Part shown: piece after piece, positions 33,282 through 48,247 of the stretch
Position numbering within the stretch: the first letter of the stretch is position 1
Layout of the letters: every line of letters begins with the position of its first letter
DNA from: Eledone cirrhosa
Lineage: Eukaryota
Assembly: GCA_964016885.1 (NCBI GenBank)
Contig: OZ024745.1
Span: 29,388,001 to 29,452,000, forward strand
Direction of reading: 5' to 3'
DNA length: 64,000 nt
The notes under the pieces: model-generated
Database searches by the model: none
Told to the model about the DNA's origin: nothing
What the model saw: the letters and a program-made list of their open reading frames with translations, nothing else
Translations under genes and position numbers: made by a program

Positions 33282-34250
33282 TCTATATATATAAAACTGA
33301 TATCGTCTGTGTGTCCTAATTTTTGCAAAGTCTATACAAATCCACATTTCTACTCCGATTGACTTCAAACTTGCATTTATATATTCCTTGCGGTCTAAAG
33401 ATATTAACTGCAGCTTTTATTTTTCAATTTTCTGTTGTTAAAGGTGTGTTAGGCGCCAGTTATCCATCTCTGCCGCGCTCTTATAATATCTGTCTGTATG
33501 CCTGGCTGTCTGCATTACGACATTCTGATGAACATTGATGACGTATTATGTTCGCTATTATCCGTTCATTGCCAGGGAACGTCTTCATGAACTAAAGTAT
33601 CGTCTTCCTGTTTTCCTTCTGTTGCAACGTTTTTCAAAATATTTACTTCTGCGTTCACAGATTGATGTTTTTAGTTTCAGAAGATGTTTTTAGTTTCAGA
33701 AGATCCCGTTAAGGGTGAAAGCAACGATTCTTTGCTTAAACTTTAATCTGTTATTTTAATCTATATATGTATATATATAAAACTGAGGAAGGATGTATGT
33801 GTGTATGTGTGTGTGTGTGTGAAACCCGAGAAGTACCCAACCGATCTTTTTCAAACTTTACATGTGTATTACTTATATTTCAGAGAGTGTTATGCACATA
33901 AAAAAATTCAACTTTTTGATCCGCTAGGGCCCGCATTAGCTGAAAAACTGCGTTTTTTCCAGCTTTTTAGGGGTTTTTTGAGGCGTTACGTCTAGCCGAT
34001 TTTCCCGAAATTTCAAGGCATATTATGCACATAAAAAAAATTTTTTTCTTGATCCCCTAGGGCCCGTATTAGGTGAAAACCTGCCTTTTTCCTGCTTCAT
34101 CGAGGAAGATCTTAGATTATCCAGCCATCAGAGTATTCGGTTTATTTTCTTTACATATTGTCCAGGCATGCAGTTTTTCCACGATTAGATCTGTTGGCGG
34201 CCCACGTTCCAAAATACTTTATCCTGTGCAACGCCGGGTACCACTGCTAG
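33282..34250 (+). mobile_element. Non-autonomous Helitron-like element with two 5' ends (33282, 33760) and one CTAG 3' end
   Basis: A|TCTATATATATAAAACTGA start; subterminal GC-rich cctgtgcaacgccggg then CTAG|T; no TSD. Confidence 0.7.
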
Positions 34251-35789
34251 TATATATATATATGAATTTGTTTTGCAAGGTTTCTATATATATATATAGA
34301 AATGGTTGTCTTATTTGTTTTCATTGTTCAACCTTATATATCTAACCCTGTAGTTTTTGAATACTCAGTGACATGTAAAACCAAATTTCACTTTGCTTCA
34401 ATGAGATATTCATATCTACACTACATTGAGTTCTAATAGGATTATAAGTCCTACCTTAATTGACTACAATATTAATGTGTGTGTCCTACTATATCTAGTG
34501 TAAAACTAATATATTTCTTCATTGTACTGTCATTGACTTTGTTATTTCTGTTTGCCTTTTGCCAGCACATACACACAAATAAATAACATTGATGCCTCGA
34601 AAATTATTAGTATGAATATGTAATTATATATATATATATATGTATACACACACACACACTCCCATACATCATTGCATATTTATGTCTGTGCATATGTGTG
34701 TAACTAAATACACAGAAGACATAAATAATTTTGAGAACCAAATAAATGGAAGAATTTCTTTCCGTGTTCTTGTTGAATTGACAATCCATGGGGGGATTAT
34801 CAATATTAGTTTGACAGGAGTTTCGTTTTATATGCTGCCCCCCTCCACATATTTCCCTTCCTTTTCTTCCGCTTCCATTGTCTAAGTAGCTAATACATCA
34901 ACTGCAACATATTCTATTTCCTGCTCCACCTCTCCTCTTCCTTTACATCAATATATTCTCCTGTATTTCAGTACTATTCCATTTCACTTAAGTCTTTGAC
35001 TTTCTATTAGATTCAAACTCAGCTCCGTATAGATAATGTCTCCTTCACTGTGTAGTAAAGTAGCTTTAATAAATAACAGAAAATTGATAGTTTTCAGCAA
35101 AGTTCTTCACTGGATTTATCAACAAAAGGAAGAATATACTTTGCTGTTTACATTTCATCATGGAGTTGGCCACCCACAAGAGCAAGCCCAGTGAGTTGGA
35201 ATCGCTGTTCCAACATGGTCTCTCTTGCCATCCTCTGGGAGAAACATTTTTGCCATTCTGCCCTCTGTGATCACATGGCGGCCTGTACATGGGCTCCCAC
35301 AGACAATCCGGGATCATATCATTGGGGTAGTGATGTTGAGACATAAAAATGGACACATAACCTCATGTATTTGTAGGAACACTGTTGAAAGTATGTTGAT
35401 TGTAATCAAACATAATTTGTATTGCATTATTGAAGTTATTCATTTGATAACAAGTTATTTGCATAGATAATGCAGTTATAAATAATTTACTGTTAGATAA
35501 ACTGTTTCTGTAACTTAGTGGGTGGAAATATTGTGGTAAAGTGTGTTTGCTTTTGAAATTGTGTTCTGTTTGAATTCCATTAAATTCAATTTAGTGTCAC
35601 TGCTGCTGTTGTTGTTGTGTAGAAATACATTGACAAAGTAGATTGAAGCTACTGTTGTAGTCACAACAACAATACCAACTATGAAAGTAAGAGAAATGAC
35701 TGGGTGACAACTGTTGATACACATTGAATGAGAATAATAACTTTAAATAATTTGTATACAGTATCATAGGAAACACAATAACAATATCT

Positions 35790-37148
35790 GCTATAGGCAT
35801 AAGGCCAGCAATTTTTTGAGGGGAGTCGATTGAATTGACCCCAGTGCATTACTAGTGCCTTATTTTATTGACCCTGTAAGGATGAAAGACAAAGCTAACC
35901 TCGGTGGGATTTGCCTTTCATCCTTATGGGGTTGATAAAATAAAGCACCAGTAATGTACTGGGGTCAGTTTAATTGACTCCTCCCACAAATTGCTGGCTT
36001 TGTGCTTATAGTAGAAGTTGTTGTTGTGTTTCCTATTATACTGTATAACAAGAACAACAATAATAATAAAGAGATGCATAACTAAAACCCCAGGACTTAC
36101 AAATATATACAACACAGAAAATAGCACTACTTGGTACTGCACACGTATTATGAAGTGTACTTTCAAATCAATAGAAATAATACCAAAATCAACACTGCAT
36201 GTACCCAAGGCACACAGCTGTGTTTGATAACGGGGTAAGAAAATGCAATAATAATAATTGTTTCTACTATTGGCACAAGGCCAGCAATTACCCAGTATAT
36301 TACTGGTACTTTATTTTATCGACCCCGTAAGGATGAAAGGCAAAGTTAACCTCGGCGGGATTTGAACTCAGAATGGCAAGGGCCGTAACTCTATGCGTCA
36401 AAGCATGGCGTCTGACTCTCTACCAATACTGCCAATAATAATGGTTTCTAATTTAAACACAAAACTAACAATTTTAGGGGGCTTATATCAACTCCAGTGC
36501 ATTACTGGTACTTTATTTTATTGACCCAGTCAACTGCCAGATCTGTCCCACATGTGTCAGCAAGTGTACAATCTAAACCCACAAGTCAACAATGCTTGGA
36601 CACTGAGTGAGTGCATGTAGAACGGTTTTGTCACCCTGCATGCATCTCGAACAGGCCTGGCTGACGGCACTTCCATGCTTGTAGAGTTTTATCTCGAACT
36701 GGCAAAGCTCCCCAGGAGCACTGTCAGGCCAGGGATTTTTGGAAGTTATCCATGAGCCCTGGACTGAAAGCCTCTGGGAAAGAGTGGCTAGTTGATCTTT
36801 GTTGACACCCAGAATCTGCTAAGGAATGTCACCATTTTTAACCACCACTAAAACGTCAAAATAGAGTTTCCACTGGTGATACTGCTTGATTAGCAGAGGT
36901 TTGGGAGCACTTGAAGACATTCCAGTTTCCAATAGTAATGATTTCTAGTATAGGCACAAGGCCAGCAATTTTGGGTGAGGAGTCAAGTCGATTAGATTGA
37001 CCCCAGTGCATTACTGGTACTTTATTCTATCGCCCCGTAAAGATGAAAGGCAAAGCTAACCTCGGCAGGATTTGAACTCAGAATGTAAAGGGCCGTAACT
37101 CTATGCAACAAAGCATGTTATCCGACTCTCTACCGATACTGCCAACCC
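35790..37148. mobile_element. Cluster of about five SINE family A copies and fragments (clearest 36258-36435 and 36940-37148, minus strand)
   Basis: Repeated GACCCCGTAAGGATGAAAGGCAAAG core. Confidence 0.8.
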
Positions 37149-37239
37149 ATAAATAATAAAAATGATACAATAATCATGACAATAATTTCTTTTATTGACC
37201 ACAAGGGTTTACACATAACAATACATGTGGGGCTGGAGA

Positions 37240-40037
37240 CCACACACATCACACCACACACACTACAACATACACCACTACATGCAACATCACATACCAC
37301 TACACACACACACTGACACACTACAATACACACCACTACATACCACATCACATACCACCACACACACACACACTACAATACACACCACTACATACCGCAT
37401 CACATACCACATCACATACCACCACACACACACACTACAATACACACCACTACATACCACATCACATACCACCACACACACACTACAATACACACCACTA
37501 TATACCACATCACATACCACCACACACACACACTACAATACACACCACTACATACCACATCACATACCACCACACACACACACAACAATACACACCACTA
37601 CATACCATATCACATACCACCACACACACACACTACAATACACACCACTACATACCATATCACATACCACCACACACACACACTACAATACACACCACTA
37701 CATACCACATCACATACCACCACACACACACACTACAATACACACCACTACATACCATATCACATACCACCACACACACACACTACAATACACACCACTA
37801 CATACCATATCACATACCACCACACACACACACTACAATACACACCACTACATGCCATATCACATACCACCACACACACACACTACAATACACACCACTA
37901 CATACCACATCACATACCACCACACACACTACAATACACACCACTACATACATCACATACCACCACCACACCACCACCACATCATAAACCACCACACCAC
38001 ATACCTCCACACCACCACCACCACCACATCACATACCACCACCACACACACCACTACATACCACCACACCACTACACACCACTACATACCACCACACCGC
38101 TACCACCACACACACACACACCACCACCACATCACATACCACCACCACACACACCACTACATACCACCACACCACCACTACTACATCACATACCACCACA
38201 CCACCACCACCACCACACCACCACCACCACCACATCACATACCACCACACCACTACACACCACTATATACCACCACCACTACATCACATACCACCACACC
38301 ACCACCACCACCACACCACCACCACCACCACATCACATACCACCACACCACTACACACCACTATATACCACCACCACTACATCACATACCACCACACCAC
38401 CACCACCAACACCACCACACCACTACATACCACCACACCACCACCACCAACACCACCACACCACTACATACCACCACACCACCACATCACATACCACCAC
38501 ACCACCACCACCACACACACACCACCACCACCACCACATCACATACCACCACACCGCCACCACACACACACAACCACCACCACCACCACATCACATACCA
38601 CCACACCACTACATCACATACCACCACACCACTACATCACATACCACCACACCACTACACACCACTACATACCACCACACCACCACCACTACATCACATA
38701 CCACCACACCACTACACACCACTACATACCATCACACCACCACCACTACATCACATACCACCACACCACCACACCACCAACACCACCACCACATCACATA
38801 CCACCACACCACTACATACCACCACACCACCACCACCACATCACATACCACCACACCACCACCACACATCAACCACCACCACCACCACCACATGACATAC
38901 CACCACACCACTACATACCACCACACCACCACCACATCACATACCACCACACCACCACCACACATCAACCACCACCACCACCACCACCACATCACATACC
39001 ACCACACCACTACATACCACCACACTACCACCACATCACATACCACCACACCACCACCACATGACATACCACCACCACCACCACCACATGACATACCACC
39101 GCAACCACCACCACATCACATACCACCACACCACCACACATCAACCACCACCACCACCACCACATGACATACCACCACAACCACCACCACATCACATACC
39201 ACCACACCACCACCACACACACACCACCACCACCACCACATCACATACCACCACAACCACACTACATCACATACCACCACACACACCACCACCACCACAT
39301 CACATACCACCACCACCACCACCACATCACATACCATACCACCACACCACCACACCGCCACCACACCACTACTTACCACATCACATACCACCACCACCAC
39401 CACCACCACATCACATAACCACCACCACCACCACCACCACACCACTACTTACCACATCACATACCACCACCACCACATCACATACCACCACCACCACATC
39501 ACATACCACCACCATGACCACACCACCACCACATCACATACCACCACACACACCACCACCACCATACCACCACCACCACCACCACCACACCATCACCGCC
39601 ATACCACCACCACGACCACACCACCACCACCACCACATCACATACCACCACACACACCACCACCACCACCACCACACCATCACCGCCATACCACCACCAC
39701 GACCACACCACCACCACCACATCACATACCACCACACACACCACCACCACCACCACACCATCACACCATCACCACCACATCACATAACCACCACCACCAC
39801 CACCACCACACCACTACTTACCACATCACATACCACCACCACCACCACCACCACCACATCACATACCACCACCACCACCACATCACATACCACCACCACC
39901 ACCACCACCACCACATCACATACCACCACCACGACCACACCACCACCACCACATCACATACCACCACACACACCACCACCACCACCACCACCACCACCAC
40001 ACCACCACCACCACACCACCACCACCACCACCACACA
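37240..40037. repeat. CA-rich satellite: ~50-bp unit grading into (CAC)n with ACATCACAT motifs
   Basis: Direct reading. Confidence 0.95.
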
Positions 40038-41034
40038 GTAATTATGTTGGCAGCAATAGCTGTGTGTTGTATTGTGTGGTATGAGTGACATGTGTGTGGT
40101 GGGTGGTATATGTATGTGGTGTGTGTGTGTGTCATGTGCATGATGTATGTATATGGTGGGTATGGTATGTATATATGGTGTGTATGTGTGTTGTGGGTGT
40201 GTGGTATGTGTTGTGTGTGTATGTATGTGGTGTGTGTCACATGTATATGATATATGTGGTGTGTATGTATGTATGTATGTATGTGTAGTAGGTAATACCC
40301 AAATATGTATATAATTCCTTATTTAGAATTACCAATATCTTCATTGCTTATTGGTTTCTATTATTGGTAGATATTGTCATGGAAACCTTCAGAACACCAC
40401 CACCATACTACCACCAACACTACCACCAACACTACCACCATACCACCACTTTCACCACCATCAAAATACCACCATACCACCACTAGCATCATTACCACCA
40501 CCATCAAAATACCACAACTACAAAAACTACCACCACACCACCACCACCATACTACCACCATACCCATACTGCCAACACCATACCACCACTTTCACTGTCA
40601 TCAACATACCACCTTCTCCACCACCACCACCACCACCACAACTATCACCATATCACTACCACTAAACCACAACCACTAAAACTACCACCACCAAATATTA
40701 CCATCATTCCACTGCCACCTCCACCACCATATAACCATACCATCACCACAACCACCACCACAAACTCTGCCACTACCACCACCACCACCATTACTATACT
40801 ATCTCCACCGGCTACACTATCACCACCACCATCTCTGCCATCATCACCATCACCATCACCACCTTTGAAAAAAACCTCCCCCTCCAACATTAACTAAACT
40901 CTACCAAAACATTGGTTCACTTATTCTAAAACTAAACTGCAGTTATTTAATTCTACTACAAAACTATGTATTTAGATGTTGGTTGATTAAACAGTAATAT
41001 GTAAGTCAACCAGAAATATATGGTTGAAGTGAAA

Positions 41035-41083
41035 CTTGCTTCATGAGCCTGTGAATACACAGGTGAAACTCCAGAGTAACAAG
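41035..41083 (+). ncRNA. Degenerate hammerhead-like motif
   Basis: cttg cttcatga gcctgtg aata cacaggt GAAA ctc ca gag TA acaag; partial inverted copy at 41390-41421. Confidence 0.45.
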
Positions 41084-41110
41084 ACTCATCACTTAGCCAT
41101 AATAAAGAAT

Positions 41111-41157
<47 letters not shown>

Positions 41158-41749
41158 GGAAATTTAGTAAAATCGAATCTCTGGCGGTTTGCAAGTAAAT
41201 TCGGCCTACTTATATGAAATGATGAGTTAGCAAAGCACTCAATAAGTTGGGGCCTTAGAGTAATAACATACGTTTAAATAGCTTGACAAATCGAACATTG
41301 TGGTAGGCAAATCTAACACACAATACTATACCAAAGTAACGATAGAACTAACAGGTTGATATATATATATATATATATATATATTCAGTGAGTCTTGTTA
41401 CTCTGGAGTTTCACCTGTGTATGGACAGGTAGAACTCCAGAGTTAGCCTTAATAAAATGAATATTTAAACTCTACTTTGGTATTGAGTATTCTTTTTCCC
41501 CAGCCATCAACCATATATATATATATATATATAACAAAGAGAGTATGGTAAGATACCAGGTGGACCATAATGTACCTGAGTACTCAATACTTGCGGTAGT
41601 AGAGTGGGTAATATGGAAAGAGTCAGGACCCCAACAGCTGAGCTCAGGCTGTTTCAACAGCTAAATCGACACTGTGTGTGTGTGTATGTGTGTGTGTGTA
41701 TATATATGTGTGTGTGTGTATATATGTGTGTATATATATGTGTGTAAAA

Positions 41750-43062
41750 CTATTATCAGAAAAATAAAAAGAACAAACAAAAAAATTAACACGCTAAAAT
41801 ACTGCCAATAGCAACCCACACATTCGATGGCTATCGCCCTGCTTGAATCAAATAAATATAACCTCTAACAATGCATGAAGACCATCATCAATAACCAAAG
41901 AACAGCTGAAGAGAAGTGGGCCATTGAGAAAATTAAACTCAACCCCAAAGTATTCTTTTCATTTGTGAAAAAACACGAAGTCACTGTCTCCACTGTTGGC
42001 CCTCTAGTTGATGAAAATGGCACACTCCAAGATAATGCCAAAACCATGGGCAAGATACTGCAGAAACAATACTACTCTGTTTTCAGCAATCCTGATATGG
42101 CCGATCTGGGCTGTATCAATGATGTTAATCCCCAACACACTATATCAGACATAACGTTTGGCGCCCCCGAATTCTTAGCAGCAATAAACAAAATTAAACA
42201 CAATTCAGCAGTAGACCCCGATAGGTTCCCTGCTTGTGTCCTGTAGGTGTGTCGACACCAACTTGCATCTGCTCTTGCTAATCTGTGGAGGAACTCACTG
42301 GATACTGGCTATATTCATGAAAACTTTCTGTACAAGTCCGTTGTCCCATTTTCAAAAATGGAAATAAGTCACTTGCAGTGAACTACTGTCCAATCTCACT
42401 CACCTCTCATATCATCAAGGTATTTGAGAGGCTGGTGAGATCACGAATAACCCACTTTCTCGAAAGCAACGGCCTGCTCAACGCCAATCAACATGGGTTC
42501 CGTAATGAAAGGGACTGCCTAACGCAGCGCCTGCATCACTTTGATGATGTTTTGAGAACTTTGGGAGAGGGCTCCAACACTGATGTCATCTACCTTGATT
42601 TCAGCAAGGCCTTTGACAGAGTTGATCATAAGATTCTATTGAAAAAACTATCCAATATTTGTGTCTCTGGAAAGTTACTACAGTGGATCAAATGTTTCCT
42701 GACAGACAGATCTCAACATGTTGTAGTCGAAAGAGTTAAATCAAGCCAAGCCAAAGTCAGCAGTGGTGTACCACTAGGCACTGTGTTTGAATCACTTCTT
42801 TTCATCATCTACATTAATGACATTACTGACATGATCAAGCACAGCAACATAAGAATCTTCGCAGATGATTCTAAGCTTCTAAAGGGTCATCAATGAGATG
42901 GGTGACTGGACTTGCCTTCAGTCAGACCTACTCGCTGTTATCCAATGGGCAGAAAAGAACAATATGCTGTTGAATGAGAAAAAGTTCGAGTTAATCTACT
43001 TTGGAAAAAAGGATGTCCTGAAACTCCCATACTCTCTTCCTTCAGGTGAAAATCTTGTGGCT
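41750..43062 (+). pseudogene. Degraded RT region of a second CR1-like LINE family
   Basis: NPKVFFSF, NYCPISLTS, QHGFR, YLDFSKAFDRV, FADDSK, with stops and frameshifts. Confidence 0.85.
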
Positions 43063-43064
43063 AA

Positions 43065-43365
43065 TAAATAAATAAAAATAAAAATGGCATTGCCATTACA
43101 GTACAATACAATACAATAGGAGGAAACATAATAGTACCACTGATGATGTTGCAGATGTGCAACGAAAGAACTTTGATAGACTATGTGTTTATATCTATAT
43201 TATATCTGTATTTTTGACCGTTGGTCAGTCAATGATAAACATTGAGGACCAAATGAATTAACTGTGGAGATACAGAAGCGAAAACCAACCAAACAGTGAG
43301 CATGTTCTGTTATTATTTCTGGCAATATTATAACAATATGACCCTCCCCAAGTATAACAATATAT
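43065..43365 (+). mobile_element. pLTR remnant of a related Penelope subfamily
   Basis: Hammerhead followed by ATGACCCTCCCCAAGTATAACAATAT (same MTLPKYNN start). Confidence 0.7.
43135..43178 (+). ncRNA. Minimal hammerhead ribozyme, subfamily variant
   Basis: tacca CTGATGA t gttgca gatg tgcaac GAAA gaac TT tgata. Confidence 0.72.
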
Positions 43366-43974
43366 ATATCAAGCAGGGAAAGGCAGACGTAAAATGATGA
43401 TGATATATATATATATGTGTGTGTGTGTGTATATATATGTATATATACACACACACACACACATATATAATATACGCATGCATACTTACATATACACTCG
43501 TGTATTAGTTAGACTTCTATTTTACATACAACATTTACAATGTACAATACATTTTAAATTGGGGTTTTGTAAGTCGCACTTTGATTTTAGAGACATCTAC
43601 AGTGTGCCATATATTTTGAATTGAGATTTCATACGTTCAGTATATAGACTCTTTTCCTACTATATTGAGCGTAAAATTTATAATATATTTCTTCATTGTA
43701 CTGTGTCGTTTGTGTTTTTCATATATACATATATATATGATGATTTATAGAGTTTTAACCATCTTAAAGTATTTATATTTTCCTACTTATTATTTGCTCT
43801 CTCTATATATATGTACAAAATGCTGTGTTTCTCAAACAATATATGCCTTTTTCTCTCTCCATATATCTTTTAAACTTATATAATTAATTCTCTGAACTGA
43901 GCTTTTTTATTGAGAAACATGATTATCATACATTTAATATGTATCAATACCTTAACATAGAACATATATAAAGA

Positions 43975-44420
43975 ATTATAACACAGCTGATTAGGGATAA
44001 AGTTAACCTAGATGAGATGCAATTTGAATTTGTGACAGGTAAAAGTACCACAGTTGCCTTTATTCTTGTGTGGCAACTACAGGAGAACTACCTAACTAAA
44101 GGTAACCCCCTCTATTTGGCTTTTGTGGACCTGGAGAAAGTTTCTGACAGTCCCATTATCTGGTGGTCTCTTAGAAACCTAGGAGTAGATGAGTGGCTTG
44201 TGAGGGTAGTACAAGCCATGTATAGAGGCATAGTCTCAGCAAGGTTAGAATTGACAATGACCATTGCGAAGAATTTAGCATGCAGGTCAGTGTCTATTAG
44301 GACTCAGTACTTGATGTCCTTCCTTATACCAACTACATTTTTGTTATGTCCCCAACATGACCACTTTACAGTGTGGACTGGGCGCTTTTTGTTGTGTCAC
44401 TTACACAACCACTTTACAGG
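43975..44420 (+). pseudogene. Degenerate RTE RT fragment
   Basis: MQFEFVTGKSTT...LYLAFVDLEK...LGVDEWLVR. Confidence 0.8.
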
Positions 44421-45053
44421 TTGGCCTGGGGGTTGGAGAGGTGAGTGTGGTGTTGAAATTATTCTGCTCTTCTGAAAATGAAGACTAAAATAACTATGAC
44501 AAAGATGAAAATAGCAATGACATCCTCTGAATGCATGTATTAAGGCAACTCACCCCAAAATTCTCTCTTTCCTCTTCTTCACTTAATGCAAATACTCAGT
44601 TATTACTAAGAACTGCTACCTGTGGCTGGCCATTTTGACCAGCCAAACATACAGAAGCTGTCTAATTTCTTAACCTCTCTGCACATATGCATTCACATTG
44701 TAATACATCTGACTTATAAATGCTAGCACCACATCGAAACACAAAAATACTTAACAAGATACTTTTTTTCATGTTTATAATTATATTTTCTGTGAACTTT
44801 GTAAAACAATATAATGTTATATGGTTTCGTTGCATTCTATGGTCAAAATAAAGGGGAACTTTCTAGGTGCAAATCCCATGGTCATTCGTGACCGAAGGGA
44901 GGTCTTTTTATATATGCTGTATTTAACATCTTATAAGACAAACTTTTTTTTTTCAAAAAAATGTCCCAGAAAATCACCCTGTATCTTATTATAAGGTCAA
45001 GTGTGACTTTGGGTTACTGGCTAGTGGAGTTCTAGTGTTGCAGCATCCCTTAA

Positions 45054-45274
45054 CCCTTTAGCATTTACGCTCCTCTATATATACTATTGTATTTTTGTGG
45101 TAAAGGCTTTATTTTACACAATTATCTCACATGTTATCGAATCTATGAGATTTTAATATTATTTAATTTGAGAACAATACCTTAACATCAGTATGAGTGA
45201 CCAGTTATGGCTGGTTTGAACAGAATGAGGTGAGAGAATTCTGACTGGATATGGCCGGTTTAAATACTAAAGGG
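45054..45274. mobile_element. piggyBac-like MITE
   Basis: TTAA on both sides; TIR CCCTTTAGCATTTA / TAAATACTAAAGGG. Confidence 0.7.
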
Positions 45275-45857
45275 TTAAATTAAACCGTAAATATCTCTGA
45301 AATACAAACAGGGTGGTGATCGCTTCTACACCAACTATAGCTACAATTTTAATAAATTTGTGATGAATAAAATATATTTATTTTCACTTTCCTTTGTTTT
45401 AAAAATAAACTATATATTTCAACAAAAATATGATGTAAAGAATAAAGTAAATTTATTTTCTCCCTTATGTTTTAAAAATGTATTAAAATATTACAACTAG
45501 AATTACGATGTAGAATGGTAATAAAAAAAATACGATATACACATTGTAGTTTAAACCCATTTATATATTTTTATAATGCCTGCCCAAATTGAGGTGTGCC
45601 TTATATGCCATTGAACAAGTGAAATTTTATTTTTAATATAGAAAAATAATAGGCATTAGCATAAATGGACATTAGGACCTGCAGGAGTAATATCCATTTT
45701 TTCCATAAAAGAGGCTTATTATATACACTTTTATTTAGTCTATTTTTCTATAGTAATAAAAAAAAGATTTGATGAAGCTTCAACTATCTCATTGATTTCA
45801 AATTTTGCAAGTCATTTCTAAACATATGTTCATTTATATATATACACACACACACAT

Positions 45858-46285
<428 letters not shown>

Positions 46286-46868
46286 ATATATATATATACA
46301 CAGTGTATACAGTAGTTGTTCTATATACAATATAGTAGTAGTAGTATTAGTTATTGTGTATACATTAGATGTTGTGTATATAGTAGTTGTTATGGAATTA
46401 TTGTAGAACACTCCATTAAATTTCAGAGGGAAAATCTTTTTTCCTCAGTTTTTCTGTGTGAAAGGGTGCGAAAAGACTCTCAGAACTCTGCAGATCTACA
46501 CACCATTGTGTGGGAAATAATTATATTTCCCCAATTTTTTTTCTGGATCTCTTAAATGCTTGCAATAGACTTTTTTCTTGGATTAGGGTTAGTTTTAGTG
46601 TATCTGTTTTCCGGGGGAAATGTCGATATATAAGCACCTAAGAGGTTCATGAAAAAAAGGAAAGATAATTATTTCCCACAAAACGGGAAAAAAAAAAAAA
46701 GATGGAGAGAAGCTCCGTGGAGGTGGACACCCCATCCCCTCCATTCTCCAGGAAAAAAGTCGATTGTCAGAATCTTGGAGGTTAGATTAGTTGAAAGCAC
46801 ATGAAAAAGAACGAAGAAAAAGAATTTCCCCACTAACTGAGTGGGATGTTCTATAAATTTACCATTAA

Positions 46869-47058
46869 GGGCAGTGGGCTGGCAGTATCGATAGAGGGTC
46901 GGACGCCATGCTTTGACGTATAGAGTTATGGCCCTTGCCATTCTGAGTTCAAATCCTGCCGAGGTTAACTTTGCCTTTCATCCTTACGGGGTCGATAAAA
47001 TAAAGTACCAGTAATGCACTGGGTAATTGCTGGCCTTGTGCCAAAAGTAGAAACAATT
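46869..47058 (+). mobile_element. SINE family A, full length
   Basis: Matches 25666-25850. Confidence 0.9.
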
Positions 47059-47061
47059 ATG

Positions 47062-47416
47062 TAAACAATAGTTGTTGTATACAATAGTTGTTGTATATAC
47101 AATAGTTTTTGTTGTATATACAACAGTTTTTGTTGTTATATACAATAGTTTTGTTGTTATATACAATAGTTTTTGTTGTTATATACAATAGTTTTTGTTG
47201 TATATACAATAGTTGTTGCTGTATATACAACAGTTTTTGTTGTTATATACAATAGTTTTTGTTGTTATATACAATAGTTTTTGTTGTTATATACAATAGT
47301 TTTTGTTACATACAATAGTTTTTGTATATACAATAGTTTTTATTATACAGTAGCTATTGTTGTTATATACAATAGTTTTTGTTGTTATATATATACAATA
47401 TTGTTGTTGTTGTTGT
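47062..47416. repeat. ~20-24-bp minisatellite TATACAATAGTTTTTGTTGT abutting a splice acceptor
   Basis: Direct reading. Confidence 0.9.
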
Positions 47417-47418
47417 AG

Positions 47419-47518
47419 AGCCAATGGAGAAATGAAACATGATGCCTCAGAAGATGAATCTGAAGATGAAAATGAAGAGGGAGACTACACAGTATATGAA
47501 TGTCCTGGGTTGGCACCT
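47419..47518 (+). CDS. NPDC1: NPDC1-like exon: ANGEMKHDASEDESEDENEEGDYTVYECPGLAP
   Basis: AG acceptor 47417-47418, GTAAGT donor; phase fits both neighbours; ENE.GD.TVYECPGLAP family motif. Confidence 0.93.
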
Positions 47519-48119
47519 GTAAGTTGCTTGTTTCTCTTCTTCTTCACCACTACACTACACCACACCTCACCACTACACCACACAACACCACACCTCACCA
47601 CTACACCACACAACACCACACCACACTACACCACACTACACCTCACTACACCACCACACCACTACACCACACCACGATAAATTGTATCTAAACCATTCAG
47701 TAAATGGTAGTGCTGGTGCCACGATAAAATGCACCGAGTACACTCTGAAGGACTAGCATCAGAAACATTAAGACTCTTTTCCAACTATTTCAAGCATTAA
47801 ACTAAAATATTACATTGTTCTCTCATGTTGGTTTTCCTTGTTGACTTTTCACCCCTGCCCCTATATATGTATGTATGTATATATATATATATAATTCACT
47901 ATTTCTCACTTCAAATTACCTTCATTGATTTATATACCTTCCACCACCACATCAACCACCACCACCACCACCACCACCACCACCAAATCAACAACCACCA
48001 CCACATCAACCACCACCACCACATCAACCACCACCACCACATCAACCACCACCACCACCACCACCACCACTAAGTGCTTTCACCAATTATTATGTCTATT
48101 TTTCATGCCTCTGTTTTGC

Positions 48120-48203
48120 AGTGTGTGTAGTTGTGTATATGTTGGGTTATATGTGTATCTTTCTGTGTGTATGTGTAAGGTTTGAGTAATATATACGATT
48201 ATG

Positions 48204-48247
<44 letters not shown>

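Noticed and set aside
37225-40041. His/Thr/Pro-rich ORFs as extensin-like or His-rich proteins
   Set aside because: CA-rich satellite with non-triplet period inside the NPDC1-like intron
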